60,870 bases of DNA from the IMG/VR virus record IMGVR_UViG_3300037484_000304, positions 1 through 60,870 of that record. One strand, written 5' to 3'. A program made the translations under genes and the position numbers. Under the pieces are notes generated by a model that saw nothing but the letters and a program-made list of their open reading frames with translations, did not search any database and was not told where the DNA came from. Shown one piece after another: positions 8,066 to 18,035 of the stretch (position 1 is the first letter of the stretch; each line of letters begins with the position of its first letter). The DNA comes from a virus (Duplodnaviria > Caudoviricetes).

Positions 8066-8586
8066 CCCTGCTCCCCCTTTCCCAGCGCCTCTTGCGCTAA
8101 CTTGCCCCTGTCCTCCATCGCTTCACAGCCTTCTGCCTCAAACGGATTCCGGTCTGGGCGAACCGGACCATTCTTCCAGTTCCCCGGCTCAGCGTAGAAC
8201 CGCAGTGCCGCCTCCATTGCCCGCCACCGCTCCGCTGCTGCCTGGCCCTGCGGGTCGGCAAGGACGGCACTGGCCTCTGCTTCTGCTCGTTCCAGGGCGG
8301 CCAGTGAGGTTTGTGGAGTGACCAATGCTTGTACTGCCGCCATCGCCCTACCCAGCGCCGCCCTGGCCTCGTCCCGCTCTGCCTGCATCTCGGCCAGTTG
8401 TTGCCGTACCTGCTCAACTTCCCGGTTGCAGGTGGCCAGCGCATCAGCAAACTGCTGGAGCACCGCCATCGTCGGCTCATTGGCCAGTGACTCTTGCTCA
8501 GCCGCCCTGTCCTCCGCTGCCATCGCCTGCCCTATCCGCTGCAACTCTTCCACATCCGCTATGTGCATCAGCCGCTTCCTAACCAC
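8062..8586 (-). CDS. Hypothetical coiled-coil protein
   Basis: C-terminal ALRFYA...NW...DRG..A..AL pattern common in phage ORFs. Confidence 0.65.
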   Translation of the reverse strand: MVRKRLMHIADVEELQRIGQAMAAEDRAAEQESLANEPTMAVLQQFADALATCNREVEQVRQQLAEMQAERDEARAALGRAMAAVQALVTPQTSLAALERAEAEASAVLADPQGQAAAERWRAMEAALRFYAEPGNWKNGPVRPDRNPFEAEGCEAMEDRGKLAQEALGKGEQG

Positions 8587-8911
8587 CCTCCACTCCCTTC
8601 AGCCGTTCTTCCGCCAGCGCCAGGCCACGCTTTTGTGCAGCCGCTACCATTTCCAGCAACGGCTCCCAATCCACAGTTGACAGCCCCAGCGCCTGGCTCA
8701 CCCGCTTTGTGCTAATCCACACCGGTCTGTTGGTGTTCAGCCAAGCCACCAGGATGCACAGCTTGTCGTTCTCTGCCTGCAGCGCCTCCACCTGGCCCCG
8801 CAACTCATTGTGTTTGGCCCACAGCAATTGTTCTTTCTCGCGCCACTTCATGGCTTGCGCTCCTTGCTGCTCAGCTTGAAAATTATGACTATCAGCAGCA
8901 TTACTATCCAC
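8579..8911 (-). CDS. Hypothetical protein
   Basis: Operon packing. Confidence 0.5.
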   Translation of the reverse strand: MDSNAADSHNFQAEQQGAQAMKWREKEQLLWAKHNELRGQVEALQAENDKLCILVAWLNTNRPVWISTKRVSQALGLSTVDWEPLLEMVAAAQKRGLALAEERLKGVEGG

Positions 8912-8930
8912 GTCAAGAGGAACTGCTCAG

Positions 8931-9356
8931 TCACGCTTCCTCCTCTCCTACTGCCAGCGCCATCAACTCGCTCAGCTTATCCTCTCGCACCTCAGCCCAG
9001 CCTGCACGAGTTTCGTCCCAGGGCCGCAGCGCCAATGCTGCCTGACGAATGGCCTCAAGCTGTTTCCGTAGCCCCCGCATGGCCTCTACGTCCTCCGTGC
9101 GCCGAATGACTCGGCCGTCCCTGTCCAGAAGCTCAATCAAGCGACCGTAAAGCTTCTGGTTGATCCAACTCGGCAGCCCGTACTCATAGTCGTCTGGCAT
9201 ATGGGCCGCAAAATGAATGGACTCCATCTCTGCCTGTGCCTCCTCCTGAGCCGCCTTCAGCATGTCCCGCTCTTCCAGCAGCGTCGCTACCGCTGCCACG
9301 TGCTGGTGACTCAGCAGCGCCAGGGCTTGCTCCTTGTACTCTTGTTCGGTTGTCAT
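8931..9356 (-). CDS. Hypothetical protein
   Basis: GGAGG RBS; operon packing. Confidence 0.6.
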   Translation of the reverse strand: MTTEQEYKEQALALLSHQHVAAVATLLEERDMLKAAQEEAQAEMESIHFAAHMPDDYEYGLPSWINQKLYGRLIELLDRDGRVIRRTEDVEAMRGLRKQLEAIRQAALALRPWDETRAGWAEVREDKLSELMALAVGEEEA

Positions 9357-9557
9357 GCCTTCACCTCCAGTGCCTTAAAAACTCAACGCGATGTGGCCCA
9401 AGACAAAGGCCCCGCCTGTAACCGTAACGCTGGCTGAATAGCAAGCCAACACGTCGCGTATCTTGATAGCAAAGGCCAAAGCCGCACCCCCAACGCACCC
9501 AGCCAAAACCAGGCTTGCGATACCAGGATAGCGGGCCGAGGCGCCCCGTACGATACA

Positions 9558-9824
9558 TCACTCCTTTACCTCCAGTGCCGCCCCGATCGGGCAATCTGGA
9601 CTGTGGCCCTTTGCCTTTGGCTGGTCGCAGAGAGGGCAATAGTCCGGCCACTCGTCTACCTCTCCGCACCACTCCACTTGCCGCAGCACGTCCCGCAGCC
9701 GCTTGACCTCCGTCTGCAGTGGCGACTTGCCCTGGCACCAATCGCACTCTTCGATATGGATGAGCCCGTTGTCGTCCCGCACCTTAAGCCAGCCCGTGTC
9801 CTCACACTGCGCACAGATTGTCAT
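9558..9824 (-). CDS. Small zinc-binding hypothetical protein
   Basis: CAQCEDTGW...CDWC and CPLC...GHSPDC. Confidence 0.6.
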   Translation of the reverse strand: MTICAQCEDTGWLKVRDDNGLIHIEECDWCQGKSPLQTEVKRLRDVLRQVEWCGEVDEWPDYCPLCDQPKAKGHSPDCPIGAALEVKE

Positions 9825-10567
9825 GTCGCCCCCATCCCTTGCTCAATTATCGCCACCTCTTGCCGTGCTCCTTCCCAGCGGTCGAACAGACTGGTCAACT
9901 GCGTAACCATTGCTGCCGACTCGTCATCGCCTGGCGCGGCCGGCCCGTCTGTCCATGCTGCCTCTACTCGACGCATGAGGGCGTCGCCGGCCAGGATAGA
10001 CGAGCCGATCGCGTGCGCCCTATTCAGCGCCCCGAACAGCGCCCTAATCGTTGCGCCTGTCGGGCTCAGCGCCTCCCACCTGTCTTCCGCTGCTGGCTGA
10101 TGGATCGACTTGCCGTCTGTGCTGGACAGCGTGTCCCGCCTGGCCACGTGCCCCGGATGGCTGTGCAGCCAGGCTTCGCCTTTGGCGATCCGCTCAGTCA
10201 GGGCAGCCACCTCGACGGCAATGACGGCGATGGCGGACGGTGCCTGTGGTGCCGCCGTTGCGCTTTCTGCTGGGGTCGCCAGGTCGGCCTTGACTCGCTC
10301 GCGGTCTGGACAGACGGCCACGTCACAGCCTCGGCACTGTGGAGGGGTAGAAACCTCAGTTTTAGCCAAAACGTTTCTACATTGGTAACTTGCTTGCTCC
10401 GCATTTTCCGCCACGTTCCTACATTGGTAACTTGCTTGCTCCGCCAGTTCAGGCATTGGCATCTTGCTTGCTACAGGCTGCATAGCCTCAGTCTCACTAG
10501 CCACTAACACGGGTTTGGCGGCCTGTTCTAGTCTGCTAGATTGACCTTTGTCAAACTTTAGTGGCAC
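9821..10567 (-). CDS. Hypothetical protein downstream of primase-helicase
   Basis: AAAGGGG RBS; contains a 14-aa tandem duplication. Confidence 0.55.
   Translation of the reverse strand: MPLKFDKGQSSRLEQAAKPVLVASETEAMQPVASKMPMPELAEQASYQCRNVAENAEQASYQCRNVLAKTEVSTPPQCRGCDVAVCPDRERVKADLATPAESATAAPQAPSAIAVIAVEVAALTERIAKGEAWLHSHPGHVARRDTLSSTDGKSIHQPAAEDRWEALSPTGATIRALFGALNRAHAIGSSILAGDALMRRVEAAWTDGPAAPGDDESAAMVTQLTSLFDRWEGARQEVAIIEQGMGAT
10377..10444. repeat. 26-bp exact direct repeat, 42-bp period
   Basis: CTACATTGGTAACTTGCTTGCTCCGC at 10377-10402 and 10419-10444. Confidence 0.9.
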
Positions 10568-10702
10568 GTTTTACCCCTTTCCTTTACCAAGCAGGTTAGC
10601 AATGTATGAACAAGTGCAATTAGCGCGGCCCTCTTGTTGAAAAATGCTGTGAGGGAGGCTGCTAGCATTTTTGCGCGAGGTGCCCGCGCTAAACGGCCTT
10701 GA

Positions 10703-13624
10703 TCATACATTGCCATCTTGATTGCTTTCCCCCAGCAAGTATTCTGTAAACCTGGCGGTTCGTTTGTACTGGCTGTTGCGACCTGATTTACGCAGTAAAG
10801 AGTGCTTCATCAGGAGACGCAATCGTTTAGTAACAGTGCGATTGTCCGCATCCAGCATGTCGGCAATGTCTCGTGTACCCAGGGTGTCATTGTTACGAAA
10901 CAGGTTGATTAGCTCACGAGCCATCTTGCGCTCTCCGATCATGTCAGTGTCCACCTGCTCAATATCTGCGTCAATAGCTGCCCGTACCTCTGGCGTCAAG
11001 GTGTTGCTAATCTCGGCGGCACCAGCGTAAACATCATACCGGCAATTGCGAGCCGAGTAGACGTTATCCAGGAAGAATGACACGAACTCGGCATGCAGCG
11101 GCAGCACTATCACCTGTTGGTGCTCGACGTCCGTTGAGTGCAGAAAGGCCGCTAGCGCCACGGCCATACGAACCAGCTTCTTGCGCATGTCGGCCGGCGA
11201 CACCAGCGGTATATCCTCTGCCGCGCCGTACTTCTTGCCCAGCCTGCTGGCCTCGCTCAAGATTCGCTCTTCGGTGCCATCGGCTAGCACTATGTCGTCT
11301 ACGATACGGGACCAGGCCCACAGAACGCTGTGCTTCATCATCTCGCTACTGACGATCTGTTGTGGCGGTTTGGGGTGCATCTGGTTGATGATCGCCATGT
11401 CAACGTCTTTGGTGGCGAAGAAGACGGCCAAGTCCAGACGGCGCAGATCAGCCGCGGCAGGGAACAAGCCGAGAATAGACTGCACGCCATAGGTGAACTC
11501 GAATAGCTGCTTGCCGTTTTGCGGGTTGCTCATCCAGATCAACCGTGTGCGGCAGTTGGTCTCCGCCTTGGCAGCACGGTCCACAGTCAAGACGCCATCA
11601 TTGCGGCCTTGCGTCATCTGGCCTAAGTCGTCCTTGCGTAGTTCCGACATTTCGTCAATGACCAGCAGGCGCCGGTCAGCCAGGGCGTACTTCCCCCACT
11701 TCACGAACCATCGTTCGCCCACCTGCTCGACGGCATAGGTCAACCCTGTCCGACTGGCTGTCTCACCGGAGGCGAACACACCCATGCCGCAGAAATCCAG
11801 GACAGAGCGCACTATGACCGACTTTCCTACGCCGGTATCGCCTACCAGCATCGCCTCCAGCCAGCCGCGGCCGATCGTCTCGCCTTGAAATACAAAGTTG
11901 AGCGCCGAGTGGTAGACCAACAGGACGGCGAGCAGTGCCTCCTCACGCTTGTAGATATGCGTCACATTATCGGTTAGGTCCACCAGCAAGGCGTTGACGT
12001 GGTCGATGATGCTAGCGTCGGGTGGCAACTGGAGGGGAGTAAAGGAGGCGATAATCTCCGGTGTCAATTGAAACTGCGATACGTTGTCTTGCAGCGGTGT
12101 GCAAATGTCGGCCTGTATCGTGCCCATCTGCGTTTTCGGATGCGGATAGACGTAACCAGCCAGCTCGTAATACTGGTTGACCTCAGCCTGGTCTTCCACA
12201 AGGTACAGGTTGCGAGCTACGTACTCGTTGCCCGTGTCGTCCTGCATGATGCCGTTGTGACGGTTGGGCGCCACACGATCAGCCATCGGCACGGCCAGTA
12301 GTTCTTCGACGTTGGCATAACTCAACACCTCGACGGAGTACCGACGGCAGATGGGGTTGGCGCCCGAAGCCTTGCGGAGTACGCCCTTGAGCGCAGCATC
12401 TTTCTGGTGGCATCCTTCCAATAACTCACGTCCACTGGTGCCGAAGTCCTTGTTCAGTGTGCCCTCTGCATCCTTGAGCGTGCAATAGAGCTTGCATCCC
12501 TCGAAGTCACCAAAGCAGGTATAGCGAACCTTGCGTGGCACCACATAGGGGGAGTCCAGTTTACCAGCTATCAGAACCTTGACGGCAACCTTTTTGCCCA
12601 CTAGGCCAGAGCGAGCCGAATGGGCCAGGTGAACGGCGAGAGGCTGGTCAGCAGGTATTGGCACAGGAGCATAGGACGTTGCGTCTTCTAGGATAGCCAG
12701 AAAGTCAGCGTCGGAGCGGCCCAGCCTGACAAAGAAGTCTGTCACGTCGCCATGATCGCCGACCTCATCAGGTAGCGTTACAATCCGGGCCCGTTCGCCA
12801 ATGGACTTTGCGACGCTCTCTGCGCCTGCACGGCCAGCCACGTCGTTGTCATAGACGACATAGACGGTTTGGCAATCCTTGAGTTGTGCTGTCCAGTCTG
12901 CCTTCCATGTTCCCGCTCCCGCAGTTCCACTGACTGCCCGCCAGCCGTGCTGCTCCAGGAGCATGGCGTCAAACTCGCCCTCCGTGACGATCACCGTATC
13001 TGTGCTCTTGAGCGTGTCGGCATTGAACAGGTGCGAGCCCAGCCCGCTGGCGTAGGGCAGCATCTTACTGCTCTTGTCAGTAGTGGAGACGTCATCACGA
13101 CGGCGGCGCACGTTCACCAGTTCACCGCCGTTGATGATCGGGATCGTGTAGCGAGTGCCGTCCCAGCCTAGCAGAAAGTGATCTATGGTCTCGTCACTCA
13201 GGCCGCGGTCGTGGTAATACTGGCGGCGTTCCGGTGGCATAGCTTGATTGAATTGCTCAGCCAGGGAGCGGGGGAAGATGCGGCGCTTTTCCGTGTCGGG
13301 ATTCGCCTTTGGCTTACTCTGGCTCGGCTTATCGGCCAGCGGCGCTAGCCCCACCTTCTGTGCGGCGATTCGCAGCGCCTCCACGAAATCGCACTGGTTA
13401 ACCCGTTCTAGCCAGGCAAATACATCGCCTGTGGCTCCGCAGCCGCCAGCATGGCAGAAGAAGAGGTTTTCCGAAACCGATAGGCTGGCCGAGCGATCAT
13501 CATGGAACGGACATTGACCGCTCCATTGATCGCCAGAGCGTCGTAATTCCACCGTTTCCTGTACCACCTGCGGCAAGGGCAACCGCGATCTGATTTCCTC
13601 TTTGCGTTCGTCCAGGTTAGCCAT
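10703..13624 (-). CDS. Primase-helicase: CHC2 zinc finger + TOPRIM + MCM-type AAA+ helicase
   Basis: CPFHDDRSAS...FFCHAGGC; VTEGEFDA, YDND, GDVTDF; Walker A GDTGVGKS, SRTGLT, Walker B VIDEMS, RRLDL. Start reassigned to 13624. Confidence 0.9.
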   Translation of the reverse strand: MANLDERKEEIRSRLPLPQVVQETVELRRSGDQWSGQCPFHDDRSASLSVSENLFFCHAGGCGATGDVFAWLERVNQCDFVEALRIAAQKVGLAPLADKPSQSKPKANPDTEKRRIFPRSLAEQFNQAMPPERRQYYHDRGLSDETIDHFLLGWDGTRYTIPIINGGELVNVRRRRDDVSTTDKSSKMLPYASGLGSHLFNADTLKSTDTVIVTEGEFDAMLLEQHGWRAVSGTAGAGTWKADWTAQLKDCQTVYVVYDNDVAGRAGAESVAKSIGERARIVTLPDEVGDHGDVTDFFVRLGRSDADFLAILEDATSYAPVPIPADQPLAVHLAHSARSGLVGKKVAVKVLIAGKLDSPYVVPRKVRYTCFGDFEGCKLYCTLKDAEGTLNKDFGTSGRELLEGCHQKDAALKGVLRKASGANPICRRYSVEVLSYANVEELLAVPMADRVAPNRHNGIMQDDTGNEYVARNLYLVEDQAEVNQYYELAGYVYPHPKTQMGTIQADICTPLQDNVSQFQLTPEIIASFTPLQLPPDASIIDHVNALLVDLTDNVTHIYKREEALLAVLLVYHSALNFVFQGETIGRGWLEAMLVGDTGVGKSVIVRSVLDFCGMGVFASGETASRTGLTYAVEQVGERWFVKWGKYALADRRLLVIDEMSELRKDDLGQMTQGRNDGVLTVDRAAKAETNCRTRLIWMSNPQNGKQLFEFTYGVQSILGLFPAAADLRRLDLAVFFATKDVDMAIINQMHPKPPQQIVSSEMMKHSVLWAWSRIVDDIVLADGTEERILSEASRLGKKYGAAEDIPLVSPADMRKKLVRMAVALAAFLHSTDVEHQQVIVLPLHAEFVSFFLDNVYSARNCRYDVYAGAAEISNTLTPEVRAAIDADIEQVDTDMIGERKMARELINLFRNNDTLGTRDIADMLDADNRTVTKRLRLLMKHSLLRKSGRNSQYKRTARFTEYLLGESNQDGNV

Positions 13625-14132
13625 TAAGCAGGCTCCCTTGCTGCCGCTGCTTCTTGGCCTTTCCCATGTCACCGACAAGCTTGCCTATCTTGCGGGCGCA
13701 GCGGTCAGCATGGCTGTACACATCGCTGGCCTTGAAGCGGAGAAATGTCCAGCCCGCCTTCTCTATTTCTCGCTGGCGCTTTAGGTCCGCGGCTAGCTGG
13801 CTTGCAGTTGAGTGGAATTCCAATCCGTCTACCTCCACCGCTATCTTGAGATCGTCTTCCCTGATGGCGAAATCAAGACGATAGCGAAAATAGTCAGGCA
13901 CGTACCATTGGCAGTAACCTGAGCCATCCGATGAAGGCCCATCAAAACATGAAAGGCCAATAACGTTATACCCTTCGTCGTTATCCCCAATCCGTTCGGC
14001 TCCATGCCGACAAGGATACAGGCTAGCACAATCATCCTCTTCGTAGAACAATCCATACTGAGGCGTATACCTCAAGCCTTCTTTGTCCATTGCATCAGCT
14101 AGCCGTTTCTCAATTGCGTTCATGTCCGCCAT
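13617..14132 (-). CDS. DUF559/Vsr-like endonuclease-domain protein
   Basis: YRLDFA...IAVEVDGLEFH...D..RQR.I...GWTFLRF. Confidence 0.85.
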   Translation of the reverse strand: MADMNAIEKRLADAMDKEGLRYTPQYGLFYEEDDCASLYPCRHGAERIGDNDEGYNVIGLSCFDGPSSDGSGYCQWYVPDYFRYRLDFAIREDDLKIAVEVDGLEFHSTASQLAADLKRQREIEKAGWTFLRFKASDVYSHADRCARKIGKLVGDMGKAKKQRQQGSLLNG

Positions 14133-14211
14133 GCTTTTCGCTTCCCACCTTTCGCCACCTTGCCTGCTCTGTGGCAACAGAAAAGCCAGCACGTGATGTG
14201 CTGGCAGGAGG

Positions 14212-14427
14212 TTACGCTATTTCGCTGGGACCACTCAGGAGAAAGTCCAGAACCTCCGAGGTTAGGCTAGGGTACTTACGACATATGGCCCGGCCCACTC
14301 GTAGGCCGATGCGGCGCTCCTTGCGGTATATCTGGCTGAGCATCGTTTGGCTGATGCCTAGCTCTCTGGCGAACTCTTGCTGTGGCCTATGGCCCTGCGC
14401 CGCTTTCAGCTTTTCCAGTAACGGCAT
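14212..14427 (-). CDS. XRE/Cro-like HTH protein
   Basis: QQEFARELGISQTMLSQIYRKER. Confidence 0.8.
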   Translation of the reverse strand: MPLLEKLKAAQGHRPQQEFARELGISQTMLSQIYRKERRIGLRVGRAICRKYPSLTSEVLDFLLSGPSEIA

Positions 14428-14462
14428 ATTGCACTCCCAGCATAGTTATTGCGTGTGCGCTA

Positions 14463-14491
14463 ATTCTAACGCAATTGCCTTAGAATGTCAA
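14463..14491 (-). promoter_or_regulatory. Sigma-70 promoter overlapped by a palindromic operator
   Basis: TTGACA-17-TAGAAT; 14463-14486 ATTCTAACGCAATTGCCTTAGAAT matches its reverse complement at 22 of 24 positions. Confidence 0.75.
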
Positions 14492-14525
14492 TACCCACCG
14501 TGCCCAGTTTGCGCCCTGCCGCGTA

Positions 14526-14565
14526 AGAGCGCCTTAGCGCTAAAGCGCCAAAGCGCCAAAGCGTC
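14526..14565. repeat. Five tandem octamers NNAGCGYY
   Basis: AGAGCGCC TTAGCGCT AAAGCGCC AAAGCGCC AAAGCGTC. Confidence 0.8.
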
Positions 14566-14655
14566 AGCGAGTCTGGTAGAACGTCCTCACAGCGTCCAGG
14601 GAGCGGGTGCGTGTGCCGCCGGGCAGCGAGCTGAGGATGGTGCCTGAGTAGGACT

Positions 14656-15408
14656 TCAGCAATCTAGTGACGGTGGTAGACTACTTGGCGGCGCCAAATC
14701 AAACACCCCAGTGGGATCAACGTTGTAATGCTGTACCATGATCTGTGCGCAGTAGTCCCACAACTCCAGAGTCTCAACGTTACGGTGACAGCGACGACAA
14801 AGGGTGATAAGGTTGAATTCGTCATGCCTGCAGGCCACCTGGTAGGATATGATGTGATGAACCGGCAGCGCTGTCTTTCCTCCCGTGTCTCCGCAAATCA
14901 TGCACTTGTGGCTGTCACGCTCTCGTACTCTGGCCGCCATCGCTCGCCATTCGGCGTTGTTGCCTTGGTACTTACCAGGTCCGAGCGGTACTTGGCGCTT
15001 GGCATCACGCATACGTTGCTTAGATTCCTCTGTATGATGACGGCCCAGGAACGTCTGTAGGCCCATCGCCTTGCGAGCACGAGACATAGCTGCACAGTGG
15101 GCAGGTAAAAACTTCTTGCCCCGCTTTCCCTCTGCAATGTGGCGCCTGGCTTCTGCACTTTTGGGGATTCCTTTAGTAGCCAGGCCCCTTAGTCGTCTGG
15201 TTTCTTCCGAAGCAGGTTGTCGTACCAGACGCGGCCCAACACTCAATAGCGAAGCGTGACTGATGATAGCTATCCATGAATGATGAAGTGTCGCTTCCAG
15301 CCATGCACGAGCCGCTGTCTGGTAATGCTCTTTAAGCAACTGCTCCAAATCTGGTGTCCATGTTCGTTGCGGCATGTTCCCCTCGTTCTTGTTCAGCCGG
15401 TTGGGCAT
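14656..15408 (-). CDS. HNH endonuclease with NUMOD3-like repeats
   Basis: GRHHTEESKQRM; RDSHKCMICG...VHHII...NLITLCRRCH. Confidence 0.85.
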   Translation of the reverse strand: MPNRLNKNEGNMPQRTWTPDLEQLLKEHYQTAARAWLEATLHHSWIAIISHASLLSVGPRLVRQPASEETRRLRGLATKGIPKSAEARRHIAEGKRGKKFLPAHCAAMSRARKAMGLQTFLGRHHTEESKQRMRDAKRQVPLGPGKYQGNNAEWRAMAARVRERDSHKCMICGDTGGKTALPVHHIISYQVACRHDEFNLITLCRRCHRNVETLELWDYCAQIMVQHYNVDPTGVFDLAPPSSLPPSLDC

Positions 15409-15450
15409 AGACAGGCCCGGGCCTATGTGGCCCGGGCCCCTGGCGTCAAG

Positions 15451-16335
15451 CTAGAATGGTAGTGGTTTCGCGGGTGGCGTCTTCGTTGCCCCCAAGCCAT
15501 CCCATACTGCCTGCTGTTCGGCGTCCAGTTCAGTGGGAGGCGTCGGTGGCTGCGCGGCAGCCCTGGCGCGTTCGATGTGCGGATTGGTCGGCAGCGTGCC
15601 CTCCTGTGCCGCGGCGTCAACGCTGCTCTCTTCCGTCTCGACCTCCTTGATCGCCACTCCCTGCATAGCACGGCTGGCGTCCTGGAACGCGGCGTACTCA
15701 GCCGGCGACTTGAACCAGGATTCGATAACGGGATCGTACACGAAATACTTGCCCTTGTCGGACGTGCCCATCTTCGTCTTGAAGCGCACAACGGCCGTGT
15801 ACGGGCTCTTGCGCTTCATCACGAATTGCGAGTTGAGGATGCGGCCTGAGGTGGCCGAACTGCGGTACATGGAGATCATGAACATGGCACCCACGTCGTC
15901 GGGGTCACAGGCCAGGTAGGTATAGCCACGGTCGCACACCTTGACCGACTTACCATCGCGCAACTGCTGGTCCAGCGTGGCGTTGACCTCGCGGTTGAAC
16001 TGGCACTGGTTGCAGGCGCCGTAGGTGCGGCCAGTCAGGCCGTCCTGGCTGCTGCACTCCGGCCCTCCTTTCGACGTGCCCGGCTCGCCCGACCAGAGCA
16101 CCCGCGTGCGCGAGATGCGGAGAATGACGGCCCGTACAGCGTCCACCGCCGTGTCCGTCAGGTTGTGATGGAGCTGCCCGGGCGCGCCCGACTTGCGGCC
16201 CGCGGGCTGGACAATCTCATACCGAGGTATGGTCACGTCCGAGGCGTCTAGGCCGTCGATGCCATCAATGGCGAACCCGCCCACCTGCAGGGCGCCGCCC
16301 TGCTGAACACTCAAGCTTCTGATTTCGTCTGTCAC
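15451..16335 (-). CDS. Putative ssDNA-binding/annealing protein
   Basis: DVTIPR...CSSQDG...CNQCQFN; acidic/proline tail ending LPF; replication-module position. Confidence 0.55.
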   Translation of the reverse strand: MTDEIRSLSVQQGGALQVGGFAIDGIDGLDASDVTIPRYEIVQPAGRKSGAPGQLHHNLTDTAVDAVRAVILRISRTRVLWSGEPGTSKGGPECSSQDGLTGRTYGACNQCQFNREVNATLDQQLRDGKSVKVCDRGYTYLACDPDDVGAMFMISMYRSSATSGRILNSQFVMKRKSPYTAVVRFKTKMGTSDKGKYFVYDPVIESWFKSPAEYAAFQDASRAMQGVAIKEVETEESSVDAAAQEGTLPTNPHIERARAAAQPPTPPTELDAEQQAVWDGLGATKTPPAKPLPF

Positions 16336-16408
16336 TGTTTTCCTCTTTCATTTCTTCTTTGTTCTCTTGTTTCCTGTATTCAGTTGTGAGCGCTTATACT
16401 GTCCTCCT

Positions 16409-16975
16409 TCAGCTTCCCAGCAAGGCCAGCGCCGCCGTCGCCGCGGCCAGTCTGCCCTTCGCCGTCGCAAAGCGCAGCCGGGCATGCTCAAGCTCAGCGT
16501 CGAGTGTGTCCAGCGCTGCCTTCAGGCGATCCACATTGGCGGCGACTGGATTGTTGCCCAGAGCCTGCGCCATTTGCGCCGCCCGTGTTTCGGCGTTCTT
16601 GCCGTCAATGGCGCCGCTCAACAGCACATCGGTCTTGGCTGCCTCAAGGTCGGCCGTCTCACGACGGAGTGCAGCTTGCTGCTCGTTTCGGCGCAGCATC
16701 AGCTCATAGACGATCTCGGTGCTGTCTGTCATCATGCGGCCCAGGTAGTCAATCCCGAAGTTGTCAATGATCTCGCCTCGCAGCCGCAGCCGCTCCGTGG
16801 CCTGCTCATTCATGGCCCGCTGCAGACTGGCAGCGTGGCCCGCTTGACGCTCGATAGCGTCAATCTGCGCCTGAGTGGCAGCCCAGTCTACCAGGCCGAC
16901 CGCGGCCATTGCGTCCCGTGCCGACGTGACTACCCTTTCCAGGTCCGCGAGTGTGGTCTTCTCCGCTGTTACCAT
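16409..16975 (-). CDS. Coiled-coil hypothetical protein
   Basis: Start reassigned to 16975 (GGAGGGAG RBS); IDGKNAETRAAQ motif. Confidence 0.65.
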   Translation of the reverse strand: MVTAEKTTLADLERVVTSARDAMAAVGLVDWAATQAQIDAIERQAGHAASLQRAMNEQATERLRLRGEIIDNFGIDYLGRMMTDSTEIVYELMLRRNEQQAALRRETADLEAAKTDVLLSGAIDGKNAETRAAQMAQALGNNPVAANVDRLKAALDTLDAELEHARLRFATAKGRLAAATAALALLGS

Positions 16976-17039
16976 TTCTCTCCCTCCACTTGATTTGTAG
17001 CGACCCTCCTCCTTTCTGGCCGCTCCCCCTACTGCCATT

Positions 17040-17068
17040 AGTATAACATAACCAGACTGGCCTGTCAA
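17040..17068 (-). promoter_or_regulatory. Sigma-70 promoter
   Basis: TTGACA-17-TATACT. Confidence 0.75.
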
Positions 17069-17333
17069 GCACTTATTTGCGAGGTGCTAACGCCAATCCC
17101 TGGGCGGCCACAGGTTATCCTCAAGGCTGTGTGAGCATCGCCAGGGTAGTTCCGTGCTCCACACTGGCCGCCGCTGGCCTACGTGCCGCACCGCGTCCGC
17201 GCAGGGTTCCGTCCAGGTGTACCCGCACACGATGCACCAGTAGCGCAGGCATTCCTCGCCTGTCTCGCTGCGCTGGTAGTGCGGGCTGGCCCAGCCACTC
17301 CGGCACTGGGGGCAGTGTGGTTGACCGTACATG

Positions 17334-18035
17334 CTAGACTCCCTTTTCAAGAGACATCTCAAGTTGTTCTTCCTCTGGCACGAACAGGGGTGGCTGAGTA
17401 TTGCGCACTCGCTGCCGGGCCCGCTCCGCCAACTCCGGCGCTATTTCACAAGCGAGATAGCGCCTACCCATCATCTTCGCTACCGCTGGCACCGTGCCCC
17501 CACCAGCAAAGAAGTCTGCTACGATGGCCACTGGCTTCGTAAACCGCTTTAGCCAGTGCTTAAACGGGCCAATATTCTTTGCCCACTTGGCGTGGTACAT
17601 CATCGAGCCGTTGTCGTTAGAAAACACGAGGTCCGAAATTGTTTCAACGGGCCAACTTGTTCCTTTCTCACACCAGAGCAGCGACTGCCAATTACTAAAC
17701 GTGTTTTTCATGGCATGCCTGCTGGGAAAGCCGGTGGGTCTACAAGCGGCTAGTTGCCACTTGTAGTGCAGCCCCCCTTCCCTAAGCGCCGTCAGCGTTT
17801 CGGGAAGATAGCCAATACCGCACCAGACAAGGGCTGCGCTGTTGGGCTTCAGCACGCGCATGCAAGTTTCGGCCAACCAGCGATAGTCGTCAAATCGGTC
17901 GTACACAGGGTCAGTAAAGATCAGGTCCACCGACTCATCCGGTATCGCCTCGACCAACTCACGCGCGTCCCCCGTATAAATCCCTTCCTGTTCACCACCA
18001 GGCCCCAAGCGGTATGGCCCCAGGTAGTCAGTCAC
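17334..18035 (-). CDS. N4/N6 DNA methyltransferase (beta class)
   Basis: SVDLIFTDPVY (variant motif IV) before VADFFAGGGT (motif I). Confidence 0.85.
   Translation of the reverse strand: MTDYLGPYRLGPGGEQEGIYTGDARELVEAIPDESVDLIFTDPVYDRFDDYRWLAETCMRVLKPNSAALVWCGIGYLPETLTALREGGLHYKWQLAACRPTGFPSRHAMKNTFSNWQSLLWCEKGTSWPVETISDLVFSNDNGSMMYHAKWAKNIGPFKHWLKRFTKPVAIVADFFAGGGTVPAVAKMMGRRYLACEIAPELAERARQRVRNTQPPLFVPEEEQLEMSLEKGV

Noticed and set aside
17818-17828. 11-nt match (CCGCACCAGAC) to the concatenated NN dinucleotides of the pentamer array
   Set aside because: A match this short is expected by chance in about 120 kb of both-strand sequence. I found no convincing self-target by eye, but could not search exhaustively.
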